Position numbers and translations under genes: made by a program | Shown: positions 30,346-39,341 of the stretch, in pieces | Layout of the letters: each line of letters starts with the position of its first letter | Position numbering within the stretch: position 1 is the stretch's first letter | NCBI RefSeq assembly: GCF_007692705.1 | Contig: NZ_REBN01000124.1 | Coordinates: 37,712 to 101,711 of the forward strand | Source: Mongoliibacter sp. | GTDB lineage: Bacteria > Bacteroidota > Bacteroidia > Cytophagales > Cyclobacteriaceae | Length of the DNA: 64,000 nucleotides | Direction of reading: 5' to 3' | Notes under the pieces: generated by a model | Databases searched by the model: none | Told to the model about the DNA's origin: nothing | Seen by the model: only the letters and a program-made list of their open reading frames with translations

Positions 30346-31267
30346 AGCCATAATCTTGATGATGCTGGGTATGTTACTGTGCATACCGAGTTTTGCCCAA
30401 ACAAGCGAATTGCAGTGGGTAGAGGAATTCAAACAGATGGATAGTAGTCAATTGACCTTATTGGTGATTGTGGCGATTATTCTAGGTGTGATTCTGATTT
30501 TGCTCGTGCTTATGATTTACCTGATGACTTTTATGTCGGCAGTGTTCAAAAAGCAAAATCCTGAGTTGGCTGATGAACCTACCTGGTGGGAAGAATTTAA
30601 ACTCAATTATATCGTGGGCAGAATGAAGCCTGTGGGAAGTAAAGAGGAAAAGGACCTTCAGTTAGACCATAGTTATGACGGGATTGTAGAATTGGATAAT
30701 CACATGCCCCCTTGGTTGGCAAATGTGTTTTATTTGACAATTGGCTTTGCGGTAGTGTATTTCACTTATTACAGTGTGTTGGGACTGGGGTTGACACAGG
30801 CTGAAGAATATGAAGAGGAGCTTCGAGTGGCGTCTATTCAAATTGAAGCTTTTAAAGCCAAAGCAGAAAGTGATATAGATGAAACTACAGTGGTGTTCGA
30901 TGCGACAAGAGAGGCACTTACTGTAGGGAAAAAGATTTACGATTCCAACTGTGCTGCATGTCATGCCTCAGATGGCGGAGGTGGAGTAGGACCTAACCTG
31001 ACTGATGAGTATTGGATCCATGGTGGAAGTATTGAGGATATTTTCAAGGTAGTAAAATATGGTGTAGTCGAAAAAGGAATGATACCATGGGAAGATCAGC
31101 TGAGCCCAATAGAAATGCAACAGGTTTCCAGCTATATCATGACCTTGACAAATACCACTCCTGCCAATCCAAAAGATCCTCAAGGGGACAAATATGAGCC
31201 AATTATCGAGGAACCAACTGATGCCTTGACCGAAGAAGAGTTGGGTGTAGAAGAAGCAGATCAGTAA
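30332..31267 (+). CDS. ccoP: cbb3 oxidase subunit III CcoP (monoheme)
   Basis: DHSYDGIVELDNHMPPW, CAACH, GPNLTD and GMIPW motifs. ATG at 30332 preferred. Confidence 0.93.
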   Translation: MKKFKAIILMMLGMLLCIPSFAQTSELQWVEEFKQMDSSQLTLLVIVAIILGVILILLVLMIYLMTFMSAVFKKQNPELADEPTWWEEFKLNYIVGRMKPVGSKEEKDLQLDHSYDGIVELDNHMPPWLANVFYLTIGFAVVYFTYYSVLGLGLTQAEEYEEELRVASIQIEAFKAKAESDIDETTVVFDATREALTVGKKIYDSNCAACHASDGGGGVGPNLTDEYWIHGGSIEDIFKVVKYGVVEKGMIPWEDQLSPIEMQQVSSYIMTLTNTTPANPKDPQGDKYEPIIEEPTDALTEEELGVEEADQ

Positions 31268-31276
31268 AACAAAAGC

Positions 31277-31299
31277 GAGGGAGATGTTTTATCTCCCTC
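31277..31299 (+). other. Intergenic hairpin between ccoP and ccoG without a U-tract (possible mRNA stability element)
   Basis: GAGGGAGAT-gtttt-ATCTCCCTC. Confidence 0.5.
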
Positions 31300-31321
31300 C
31301 TTACCTTAATCCATATCAATA

Positions 31322-32740
31322 ATGGCCAAAAACAACCCAAACCAGAATCCAGAGAAGTTCAGGGATTCCATAGGGACTTTACAAGAAGATGGGAAAAGGA
31401 ACTGGATGTACCCAAAAAAGGTATCTGGTAAATTTTATAGGTGGAGGACCTACTTGTCTTGGGTCTTATTGGCTATATTATTTGCAGGTCCTTTTATAAA
31501 AGTTGGAGGACGGCCTTATTTGTTGTTCAATATCTTTGAAAGAAAGTTTATCATTTTTGGAGCGGCTTTCTGGCCGCAGGATACACATTTATTGATTTTT
31601 CTGCTATTGATATTCTTCGTCTTTATCATTCTTTTTACGGCTGTTTTTGGTAGGGTATTTTGTGGCTGGGCTTGTCCACAAACCTTATTCATGGAGATGG
31701 TTTTCAGGAAGATTGAATACTGGATTGAGGGGGAGGGCAATCAGCAAAGAAAGCTAAATGCTATGCCTTGGAATGGGGAGAAATTGCGAAAAAAAGGAGT
31801 CAAGATGGGTATTTTTGTTTTTATATCTCTCATGATTTCCCATACAGTAATGGCGTATTTGATCGGGATTGATCAGGTGGTTGATATTGTTACCCAGCCT
31901 CCAAGTGAGAATTTGTCTGGCTTTATAGGCTTGATGGCATTTACAGGTGTTTTTCTGTTTGTTTTTTCATGGTTTAGAGAGCAGGCTTGCATAGTCGTAT
32001 GCCCATATGGAAGGCTTCAGGGAGTATTGTTAGATGCCAACTCCATCAATGTGACCTATGACCATGTCAGAGGTGAACCCCGAGCTCCCATCCGGAAAAA
32101 TAAAGTGGAGGAAGAACCTAAAGGCGATTGTGTTGACTGCTCGCTGTGTGTGCAGGTTTGCCCGACCGGTATTGACATAAGAAATGGTGTGCAGATGGAG
32201 TGTGTCAATTGTACTGCCTGTATTGATGCCTGTGATGAGGTTATGTTAAAAGTTGATAGACCAACAGGCTTAATTAGGTATGCATCTGACAACAGTGTCA
32301 TGCAGCAAACGCAAAAACTGATTACACCAAGAGTAAAAATTTACTCCTTCCTCCTTTTGGTATTGGTAGGTGCTTTTGTGGCACTTTTAGCCACAAGGGA
32401 TGATTTGGCTGCTACAGTGACCAGATTTAGGGGTATGACTTATCAAGCAAGGGATACTGGTGAAATCAGTAATCTTTATGAAGTTACATTTATCAACAAA
32501 ACGTTTGATCCCCAGGAGGTGAAGCTCGAGCCGGAAAATTCAGCTTATAGGATAGAAGTTGTTGGAGATCAGAATTGGACTCTTCAAGAACAAGCCAAGT
32601 TCGAAGGACGCTTCTTCCTGGTAAAAGATGCAGGAGAGATTGTCTCCGTACAGGAAAAAGTGACGCTCTTATTGACTCAAAACGGGAAAGTGATTGATAA
32701 AATTCAAACAAGCTTTATGGGGCCAATAGCCCAAGATTAA
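31322..32740 (+). CDS. ccoG: Cytochrome c oxidase accessory protein CcoG
   Basis: FCGWACPQT, CIVVCPYGR and CVDCSLCVQVCP...CVNCTACIDAC motifs. Confidence 0.95.
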   Translation: MAKNNPNQNPEKFRDSIGTLQEDGKRNWMYPKKVSGKFYRWRTYLSWVLLAILFAGPFIKVGGRPYLLFNIFERKFIIFGAAFWPQDTHLLIFLLLIFFVFIILFTAVFGRVFCGWACPQTLFMEMVFRKIEYWIEGEGNQQRKLNAMPWNGEKLRKKGVKMGIFVFISLMISHTVMAYLIGIDQVVDIVTQPPSENLSGFIGLMAFTGVFLFVFSWFREQACIVVCPYGRLQGVLLDANSINVTYDHVRGEPRAPIRKNKVEEEPKGDCVDCSLCVQVCPTGIDIRNGVQMECVNCTACIDACDEVMLKVDRPTGLIRYASDNSVMQQTQKLITPRVKIYSFLLLVLVGAFVALLATRDDLAATVTRFRGMTYQARDTGEISNLYEVTFINKTFDPQEVKLEPENSAYRIEVVGDQNWTLQEQAKFEGRFFLVKDAGEIVSVQEKVTLLLTQNGKVIDKIQTSFMGPIAQD

Positions 32741-32766
32741 ATTAATAATTACTAAACAGGGAAAAT

Positions 32767-33192
32767 ATGAATTGGGGAAGCGGAATTGTACTCACATTAG
32801 TAGGGTTTATAGCTGTGATGGCTACTATGGTTGTTATATGTGTCAAGCAAGATGATATCCATCTGGTGACACAGGATTATTATGAACAAGAAATCAAGTA
32901 CCAAGAGCAAATTGACAGGATGATCAATGCTAATGCCATTGCCAGTGATGCCTTGGAATATGATGGGCAGTTGAAAAGCCTTTTATTAAAACTTCCAGAA
33001 GGATCAAAGGGTACCTTACACCTCTTCAGACCTTCGGATGCCCGCCTAGATCAAAAAATCAGTTTCGATATGATCAGTTCGGCGGTGAATTCAGTGGATG
33101 TTAAAAGTCTAAAAGCGGGTTATTGGCGAGTGAAGCTCACTTGGAGTGAAGGTGAAAAAGAATATTACCTGGAAAAGAAAATCAATATCTGA
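32767..33192 (+). CDS. ccoH: FixH/CcoH family protein
   Basis: MNWG start, one TM helix, LVTQDYYEQE and LFRPSD motifs. Confidence 0.9.
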   Translation: MNWGSGIVLTLVGFIAVMATMVVICVKQDDIHLVTQDYYEQEIKYQEQIDRMINANAIASDALEYDGQLKSLLLKLPEGSKGTLHLFRPSDARLDQKISFDMISSAVNSVDVKSLKAGYWRVKLTWSEGEKEYYLEKKINI

Positions 33193-33194
33193 TT

Positions 33195-33899
33195 ATGTTG
33201 TGGACTGCTTTTTTACTTGGTTTTTTGGGATCATTCCATTGTCTTGGAATGTGCGGCCCGATTGCCCTGGCTGTAGCTGCCAAGGATAATTCTGCATTTC
33301 TCAAAAACAAGTTGGTCTATAATCTTGGCAGGACAATCACTTATTCCACACTTGGAGCTATCATCGGGATGTTAGGCTTTTCTTTGGCTTTGGCAGGAGT
33401 GCAGCAATGGATTTCCATTTTAATGGGAGCGGTAATTTTATTGATGGCATTTTTCTATAAAAAATCTGAAAGAATCATTACTCAATCCGGATTTTTTGGA
33501 TCTGTTTATAAATTGAAATCTAGCCTCGGGAAGTACCTGAAAAGAGGTGGAACTTCTGCTTTCTTTTTTTCGGGTTTACTCAATGGGCTCCTTCCCTGCG
33601 GAATGGTTTATCTCGCATTAATTGCTTCTTTGGCCTTACAGAGTCCTTTAAGTGGGACTTTATATATGCTCTTTTTTGGATTAGGGACCATTCCCATGCT
33701 ATTGGTAGTGATGCTTTCTGGCAAGCTTATTTCGATTCAATGGAGAAATAGATTCACCAAAGCCTTACCTTATTTTGCCATGTTTATAGGGATACTTTTT
33801 ATCGTAAGGGGGCTAGGATTGGGAATACACTATGTCAGTCCCAAGCTACAGGTATTTGACTATGGGGAAGAAAAAATAGAAATGACCATGTGTCGGTGA
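33195..33899 (+). CDS. DsbD_2/TauE-like membrane protein of cco clusters
   Basis: GSFHCLGMCGP, YNLGR and LLPCGMVY motifs. Confidence 0.9.
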   Translation: MLWTAFLLGFLGSFHCLGMCGPIALAVAAKDNSAFLKNKLVYNLGRTITYSTLGAIIGMLGFSLALAGVQQWISILMGAVILLMAFFYKKSERIITQSGFFGSVYKLKSSLGKYLKRGGTSAFFFSGLLNGLLPCGMVYLALIASLALQSPLSGTLYMLFFGLGTIPMLLVVMLSGKLISIQWRNRFTKALPYFAMFIGILFIVRGLGLGIHYVSPKLQVFDYGEEKIEMTMCR

Positions 33900-34049
33900 A
33901 AAAAAATATTTTCCCGAAGATTTTCGCTGACCTGTTGATTAACAAATGAGATTCAGAATGTTTTTTATTTGCATAAGATTTTTCGGGACACAGAATTTCT
34001 TGGTGTTTTCTTCGTGTCTTTGAGACTTTGTGGTAAATCAATTTTCAAT

Positions 34050-35411
34050 TCAAATAGCCTTACTGAAGCCATACTGTTTTTCTTGCTTTTCCTGCATTTT
34101 TTTGTCGAAAGTCATGCAAATGATCCGTATAAAAGGAATGCCTTCTTCTAAGATTTGAATTCCTTTTTGATCATAATCCAAAAGCCCTTCTTTCTGGAAT
34201 TGATTGAGATTTTCCAGTTGAGTATAGCTCAATTCAGCAAAGAATTCATAAGACCAGGTAGTCTGATGATTGCAAATAAGTTCTAGGATAAGGTTTCTTG
34301 TGTCTCTATCCTCATCATTCAGGATATGCCCCTTTTGAATAGCAAAAGAATTGCTGTTGATGAGTTGCTTATAAGGTTCTATATTCTTTTCATTCTGAGC
34401 ATAAGCATAGTAGACATCTGAAATGGAACTGTTACCCAAGCCTATCAAAATTTTGGAAGGAGACGTGGTGTAGCCCATAAAATTCCTGTGCAGATTTTTA
34501 TTGATTTTTGCTTTATAGAGAGGGTCTTCCGGTAAGGAAAAATGATCCATACCAATTTCAAGATAGCCCATCTCAGAAAGGATTTCTTTACCCTTCTCAT
34601 AGAGTCTTCTTTTCTCATTTTCATTGGGAAGGAACTGTTCAAAACTTTTCTGTGACTTGAAGACAGAAGGTAGGTGAGCATAGCTGTAATAGGCAATCCT
34701 ATCAGGTCTTAATGCTGCAACTTTAGAGAATGTATCCTTGATGGTTTCAATGTTCTGATGAGGAAGACCGTATATCAAATCATAGTTTATGGAAGTATAG
34801 CCGATTTGCCTGGCAACATCAGTTGCTTCTTTCACTTTTTCAAAAGGCTGAATACGGTGTATAGCTTTTTGTACCTCCAGAGCAAAATCCTGGATCCCGT
34901 AAGATACCCTCCTGAATCCTAGATCATAAAGTGTTTGCAAATGCTCCCGGCTGGTATTGTTAGGGTGTCCTTCGAAGCTAAACTCAGCATTTTCCATTAT
35001 TCTGGCATGCCTTATAATGAAGCCAAGCATTTCCTTTAATGATTCGGGGGAGAAAAATGTTGGTGTTCCTCCACCCAGATGAATGCCAGCTAGCTTAGGT
35101 TGATTTTCAAAAAGAGCTAAATATTTTTTCCACTCTTGTATGACAGTTTCAATAAAGGGAATTTCTACTTCATGGTTTTTGGTGATCCTCTTATTGCATC
35201 CGCAATAGGTGCAAAGACTTTCACAATAAGGAAGGTGTATGTACAAGGTTACACCCTCCTCTTCACCAAATTCAAAATAAGATTGCTTCACCAATTTCAT
35301 CCATGATAATTCATTCAGGTCATTGGACCAGAGAGGAACTGTAGGATAAGATGTATATCTCGGTGCAGGTATATTATACTTTTCTATAAGGGAAGTTGTG
35401 ATCCTCTTCAT
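34050..35411 (-). CDS. hemN: Oxygen-independent coproporphyrinogen III oxidase
   Basis: PRYTSYP, radical-SAM CESLCTYC, GGGTP and RNFMGY motifs. Confidence 0.95.
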   Translation of the reverse strand: MKRITTSLIEKYNIPAPRYTSYPTVPLWSNDLNELSWMKLVKQSYFEFGEEEGVTLYIHLPYCESLCTYCGCNKRITKNHEVEIPFIETVIQEWKKYLALFENQPKLAGIHLGGGTPTFFSPESLKEMLGFIIRHARIMENAEFSFEGHPNNTSREHLQTLYDLGFRRVSYGIQDFALEVQKAIHRIQPFEKVKEATDVARQIGYTSINYDLIYGLPHQNIETIKDTFSKVAALRPDRIAYYSYAHLPSVFKSQKSFEQFLPNENEKRRLYEKGKEILSEMGYLEIGMDHFSLPEDPLYKAKINKNLHRNFMGYTTSPSKILIGLGNSSISDVYYAYAQNEKNIEPYKQLINSNSFAIQKGHILNDEDRDTRNLILELICNHQTTWSYEFFAELSYTQLENLNQFQKEGLLDYDQKGIQILEEGIPFIRIICMTFDKKMQEKQEKQYGFSKAI

Positions 35412-35483
35412 ATCATCTTTCTATTTGAGCTCAAATTTCCTGAAAATGCGCGTCAAAAAACATGATGGGTATTTGATAAAAAG

Positions 35484-35500
35484 CTGATAAAAATCATGTT
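35484..35500 (-). promoter_or_regulatory. FNR/CRP-like box upstream of hemN
   Basis: Coding-strand AACATGATTTTTATCAG nearly matches the cco box AACATGACTTTTATCAT. It lies 45 nt from a -7-like GAAATTTG (35439-35432), which ends 20 nt before the ATG. Confidence 0.65.
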
Positions 35501-35657
35501 ATAGAAGCGAGAGACGAGAAGAATTAAACGATATGATATATGCTTTGCGATATAAAATAGATATAAGCCTTCGGCGATATTTTGGTCACGTTTTCAATTA
35601 ATAAAGCGAAATGGAAAAAGTGTCAACCATTTTCAGGACGAGACAAATCAATAGGTC

Positions 35658-35687
35658 AAAAAAAGGACCTGCATTTCTGCAAGTCTT
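35658..35687 (-). terminator. Duplicated Rho-independent terminator after the downstream chimeric tRNA copy
   Basis: Copy of 35792-35821 with a single A/G difference at the stem base. Confidence 0.7.
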
Positions 35688-35695
35688 ATGAATTG

Positions 35696-35783
35696 TGGAG
35701 GATAACGCCTGCCGGCGAGGCAGGGAGTCGAACCGATGACCTTCCCGACCTGCGTCGGGACGCTCTAGCCAGCTGAGCTAATC
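35696..35783 (-). pseudogene. Chimeric tRNA-Ala copy: 5' acceptor strand lost, anticodon arm replaced, palindrome inserted in the T-stem
   Basis: Identical to the intact tRNA except for TCCCGAC-N4-GTCGGGA (35743-35760) in place of the 17-nt anticodon arm and a 17-nt CCTGCC-N5-GGCAGG insert (35708-35724). Confidence 0.85.
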
Positions 35784-35791
35784 AATAGGTC

Positions 35792-35821
35792 AAAAAAAAG
35801 ACCTGCATTTCTGCAAGTCTT
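35792..35821 (-). terminator. Rho-independent terminator of tRNA-Ala
   Basis: Minus strand AAGACtTGCA-GAAA-TGCAgGTCTT followed by a T-run; includes a G-U pair and a GNRA loop. Confidence 0.85.
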
Positions 35822-35829
35822 ATGAATTG

Positions 35830-35904
<75 letters not shown>

Positions 35905-35954
35905 GTATTTTATAATTGAATGGAGCAAATCTCCAAAACTGTTAATTCTTTTTA

Positions 35955-36029
35955 GGAGTCGGAGCGCTTACCTTCCCGACCTATGTCGGGACGCTCTAGC
36001 AATCCCGATGGTTATCGGGACAATCCCCC
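35955..36029 (-). pseudogene. Older chimeric tRNA-Ala copy: D-arm and anticodon arm replaced by TCCCGA-N6-TCGGGA palindromes, 3' acceptor strand lost
   Basis: Minus strand reads GGGGGATT-[GTCCCGATAACCATCGGGATT]-GCTAGAGCG-[TCCCGACATAGGTCGGGA]-AGGT-AAGCGCTCCGACTCC. Confidence 0.8.
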
Positions 36030-36040
36030 AATTGGGATTG

Positions 36041-36071
36041 CAAATATAGAAAGGGATTCTATTTGGACAAA
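36041..36071 (-). promoter_or_regulatory. Bacteroidota housekeeping promoter for the tRNA locus
   Basis: TTTG-N19-TATATTTG on the minus strand, 11 nt before the upstream chimeric copy. Confidence 0.75.
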
Positions 36072-36080
36072 CCTTTTTTA

Positions 36081-36701
36081 TCAATCTGCGGAATAATTTA
36101 CCCTGGTAAGTATGCTTCTTCCCAAAGTAACTTCATCTGTGTACTCTAATTCTCCTCCAACGGGGATTCCCCTTGCAATGGTGCTGACTCTGATATTTAA
36201 AGTTTTGAGTTGTCTCGTGATGTAAAAGGAGGTAGTATCACCTTCCATAGTTGCGGGTAATGCTAAAATCACTTCTTCAACTTTTTCATCCTCTGCCGCA
36301 GACCGAATTCTTTCGAGTAGGGATTCAATCTTAAGTTCATCAGGCCCTATACCCTGCATGGGTGAAATAACGCCTCCCAAAACATGATAAAGCCCTTGAT
36401 ATTGGGAAGTGTTTTCAATCGCCAATACGTCTGGAATATCTTCTACTACACATATGATGGATCGGTCCCTTCTTGTGCTTTGACAAATGCTACACACGTC
36501 TGTGTCAGATATGTTATGGCATTTTTGACAGTATTTGATTTCTTTTCTTAAAGCCAAAAGGGCATGGCTTAACTCTTCTGTCACCGATTCCTTTTGTTTA
36601 AGCAGGTGTAAAACCAACCTCAAAGCAGTCTTTTTCCCAATTCCGGGAAGGTGACTTATTTCGTTGACAGCATCTTCGATTAATTTGGAAGGGAAGTTCA
36701 C
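36081..36701 (-). CDS. recR: Recombination mediator RecR
   Basis: [12 protein letters not shown], zinc finger [16 protein letters not shown] and Toprim segment YHVLGG. GTG start at 36701 preferred. Confidence 0.96.
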   Translation of the reverse strand: MNFPSKLIEDAVNEISHLPGIGKKTALRLVLHLLKQKESVTEELSHALLALRKEIKYCQKCHNISDTDVCSICQSTRRDRSIICVVEDIPDVLAIENTSQYQGLYHVLGGVISPMQGIGPDELKIESLLERIRSAAEDEKVEEVILALPATMEGDTTSFYITRQLKTLNIRVSTIARGIPVGGELEYTDEVTLGRSILTRVNYSAD

Positions 36702-36711
36702 AGAGAAGTAT

Positions 36712-37005
36712 TTAGACGATAGCTGCTTGAATTCCGGCATCCAAAATAGCCTGGCACATAGGCTTGAGCTTATTTCTGCTTCCTTTTTTTACTGTACATT
36801 TCCCTTTGTAATGGATGATTAGCGTGCATTGTTCTGCCTGTTCTACTGAATGTTGACAGACCTTGATCAGAATTTTAGTTACATGATCAAAGGTATTGAT
36901 GTCATCATTGAACACGACGAGCTCACACTCATCTGTATCTATCAAATCTTCTAATAAAACTTCTGCTTCTTCCAACTTAGGATAAGCTTGTGTATGGTAA
37001 TTCAT
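36712..37005 (-). CDS. clpS: ATP-dependent Clp protease adaptor ClpS
   Basis: [12 protein letters not shown]...IIHYKGK motif. Confidence 0.9.
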   Translation of the reverse strand: MNYHTQAYPKLEEAEVLLEDLIDTDECELVVFNDDINTFDHVTKILIKVCQHSVEQAEQCTLIIHYKGKCTVKKGSRNKLKPMCQAILDAGIQAAIV

Positions 37006-37058
37006 TTTGCAAATTTAATTATTATAAACAATTTAGCGCAATTGTTCCCTAAAGCCTT

Positions 37059-38504
37059 ATGAATTCTAATTTAGTTTTAATTGTAATAACCTCATATTTC
37101 ATACTCCTGTTTTTAATTTCTTGGTTTACTTCAAGAAATGTTTCCAAAGACACCTTTTTTACTGGGGACAGGCAATCACCTTGGTTTTTGGTTGCTTTTG
37201 GCATGATAGGGGCTTCTTTGTCGGGCGTAACATTTATTTCAGTCCCTGGGGAGGTGGGCAACACCAGTTTTCATTATTTTCAGGTGGTTTTGGGGTACAC
37301 CTTAGGGTATTTTGTCATAGCCAAGGTTTTATTGCCTTTGTATTATCACCTCAACCTTGTCTCTATTTACGCTTACCTGGAAGACAGGTTTGGCTTTTGG
37401 TCCTATAAAACCGGTGCCTTTTTCTTTATTCTTTCCAGAACACTAGGTTCGTCTATCAGGGTCTTTTTGGTGGCAGGGGTGCTCCAATTGATTCTTTTTG
37501 ACCAATGGGGAATTCCCTTTTGGGTATCTGTATTGATTACAGTTTCGCTGATTTGGCTCTATACGCACAGAGGGGGCATCAAGACCGTCGTATGGACCGA
37601 TACCCTTCAGACATTCTTTATGTTACTTGCCGTGGCAGTGAGTATTTATTTAGTCAGTAAGGACTTGGGAATCCTTGGTGTCGGAGATTTTATAGAGGTT
37701 ATTTCTTTAGACTCCAGATCTGAAATATTCAATTGGGATTGGCAATCCGGCACTAATTTTTTCAAGCAATTTGCTTCCGGAGCCTTTATCACAATTGTGA
37801 TGACAGGATTGGATCAGGATATGATGCAGAAAAACCTCACCTGTAGGAATATAGGAGATGCACAGAAAAACATGTTCTGGTTCACTACCATTTTGGTATT
37901 TGTCAACCTTCTTTTCTTATGTCTAGGAGTTTTGTTATACCTCTACTCAGAAGCCAAAGGAATTCAAATTCCCATGAGGACTGATGACCTATATCCAATG
38001 CTTGCCACCCAAGAGTTCACAGCATTTGCCGGTATTGTATTTGTCTTGGGAATTACGGCAGCAGCTTACTCCAGCGCGGACTCTACTTTGACAGCACTGA
38101 CCACTTCTTTCTGTTATGATTTCCTGGAAATAGAAAAGAAATACGAAAAGCAAGAGCAGGTCAGGGTCAGAAAGAAAGTACACTTGTTTTTTACTGCTTT
38201 GATGTTTTTTGTGATCTTAATGTTCCGTTGGATCAATGATCAATCTGTTATCAATGCAGTATTTATCATAGCAGGTTATACTTATGGTCCATTGCTGGGC
38301 TTGTATTCCTTTGGCCTCTTTACCAAATGGAAGGTAAAAGACAAATTTGTACCATACATTGCAGTAGCTGCTCCTGCTCTGGCATTTTTGATCAGCCAAA
38401 ATTCAGAGAAACTGCTTTGGGGTTATAAATTTGGTTTTGAAGTATTGATCCTCAATGGCCTACTGATGTTTGCCGGATTGTATTTTTTAAGAAAAAAAAG
38501 CTGA
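37059..38504 (+). CDS. Sodium:solute symporter family protein
   Basis: SLSGVTFISVPG, GGIKTVVWTD, GLDQDMMQK and SSADS motifs; about 13 TM helices. Confidence 0.92.
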   Translation: MNSNLVLIVITSYFILLFLISWFTSRNVSKDTFFTGDRQSPWFLVAFGMIGASLSGVTFISVPGEVGNTSFHYFQVVLGYTLGYFVIAKVLLPLYYHLNLVSIYAYLEDRFGFWSYKTGAFFFILSRTLGSSIRVFLVAGVLQLILFDQWGIPFWVSVLITVSLIWLYTHRGGIKTVVWTDTLQTFFMLLAVAVSIYLVSKDLGILGVGDFIEVISLDSRSEIFNWDWQSGTNFFKQFASGAFITIVMTGLDQDMMQKNLTCRNIGDAQKNMFWFTTILVFVNLLFLCLGVLLYLYSEAKGIQIPMRTDDLYPMLATQEFTAFAGIVFVLGITAAAYSSADSTLTALTTSFCYDFLEIEKKYEKQEQVRVRKKVHLFFTALMFFVILMFRWINDQSVINAVFIIAGYTYGPLLGLYSFGLFTKWKVKDKFVPYIAVAAPALAFLISQNSEKLLWGYKFGFEVLILNGLLMFAGLYFLRKKS

Positions 38505-38888
38505 TCAAAGTTCCTGTCTTGCGATCAGCTCATTGATTTTTTTCAACCTTGAAATACTACTTTCCAAGTTACTGGAAGATCCGTCAAGATCTACTAGGAC
38601 TGATATCTGTCCATTGTTGTAGGTGTGTCCATTAGTTTTTTTTGAAAAATCGTAGGAGTGGTTTACAGAAGGAGCTACCGATATCAGTTCCTGTACGTCC
38701 ACTTCGTAAAGTTCAGCAAGCTTTATTGCGTCTTCCATTTTTAGGTTTGACCTGCCTTGTTCATACCTGGAATAAGCAGTGTAATCCTTTTTTCCCAAAT
38801 ACTCAGCTATATATTCCTGGGTATAACCTCTTAACACTCTGTGTTTTCTGAGATTTTCTGCAATGTTACTTTTTAGGGCTGTATCCAT
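38505..38888 (-). CDS. XRE-family helix-turn-helix transcriptional regulator
   Basis: LRKHRVLRGYTQEYIAEYLG...YSRYEQG motif. ATG at 38888 preferred. Confidence 0.85.
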   Translation of the reverse strand: MDTALKSNIAENLRKHRVLRGYTQEYIAEYLGKKDYTAYSRYEQGRSNLKMEDAIKLAELYEVDVQELISVAPSVNHSYDFSKKTNGHTYNNGQISVLVDLDGSSSNLESSISRLKKINELIARQEL

Positions 38889-38999
38889 ATTTATTACTGT
38901 TTGATAATAGCTTTGCAAAAAGCATACACATTTGAGCCAGTTGCCCAATAAAAAGTTAAAAAAGATTGATTTTGGCAAAATATTACCAATAAAAGGTGA

Positions 39000-39341
39000 T
39001 TAATGATCCAATTCAAGCTCATTTGGGTCCCAAAAATGAGTGTTGAAATCTTTGATTTGATCTTTCTCAATCTGTAGACCTTCTGCCTCAAGTTTTTGCT
39101 GCATTTCCTCAGGTTGGCTAAAGTGATGCTTTCCTGTCAATACCCCGTTCCTATTGACTACCCTATGTGCAGGAATATCCATCTGGGTATGCGAAGCATT
39201 CATGGCGTAACCCACCATGCGAGCACCACTTTTTAGTCCAAGGTAACTGGCAATAGCACCATAGGACGTCACTTTTCCTTCTGGGATAAGCCTGACAACC
39301 TGATAAATCAGGTCGAAGTGATTTTCTTTACTCTTTTCCAT
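39000..39341 (-). CDS. MGMT-family / alkyltransferase-like (Atl) DNA-binding protein
   Basis: IPEGKVTSYG and ARMVG motifs, with PAHRV in place of the catalytic PCHRV. Confidence 0.9.
   Translation of the reverse strand: MEKSKENHFDLIYQVVRLIPEGKVTSYGAIASYLGLKSGARMVGYAMNASHTQMDIPAHRVVNRNGVLTGKHHFSQPEEMQQKLEAEGLQIEKDQIKDFNTHFWDPNELELDH

Noticed and set aside
35696-35783. Chimeric copy as a functional unusual tRNA (Sec or frameshift suppressor)
   Set aside because: The 5' GGGG of the acceptor stem is missing, the replaced arm has a 7-bp stem with a 4-nt loop, and the T-stem is interrupted.
38505-38978. XRE regulator as a prophage repressor
   Set aside because: The neighbours are housekeeping genes, with no divergent cro, integrase or phage genes.
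38945-38996. CCAATAAAA direct repeats and an ATTTTG-G-CAAAAT palindrome upstream of the XRE gene
   Set aside because: Short AT-rich motifs that are expected by chance at this base composition.
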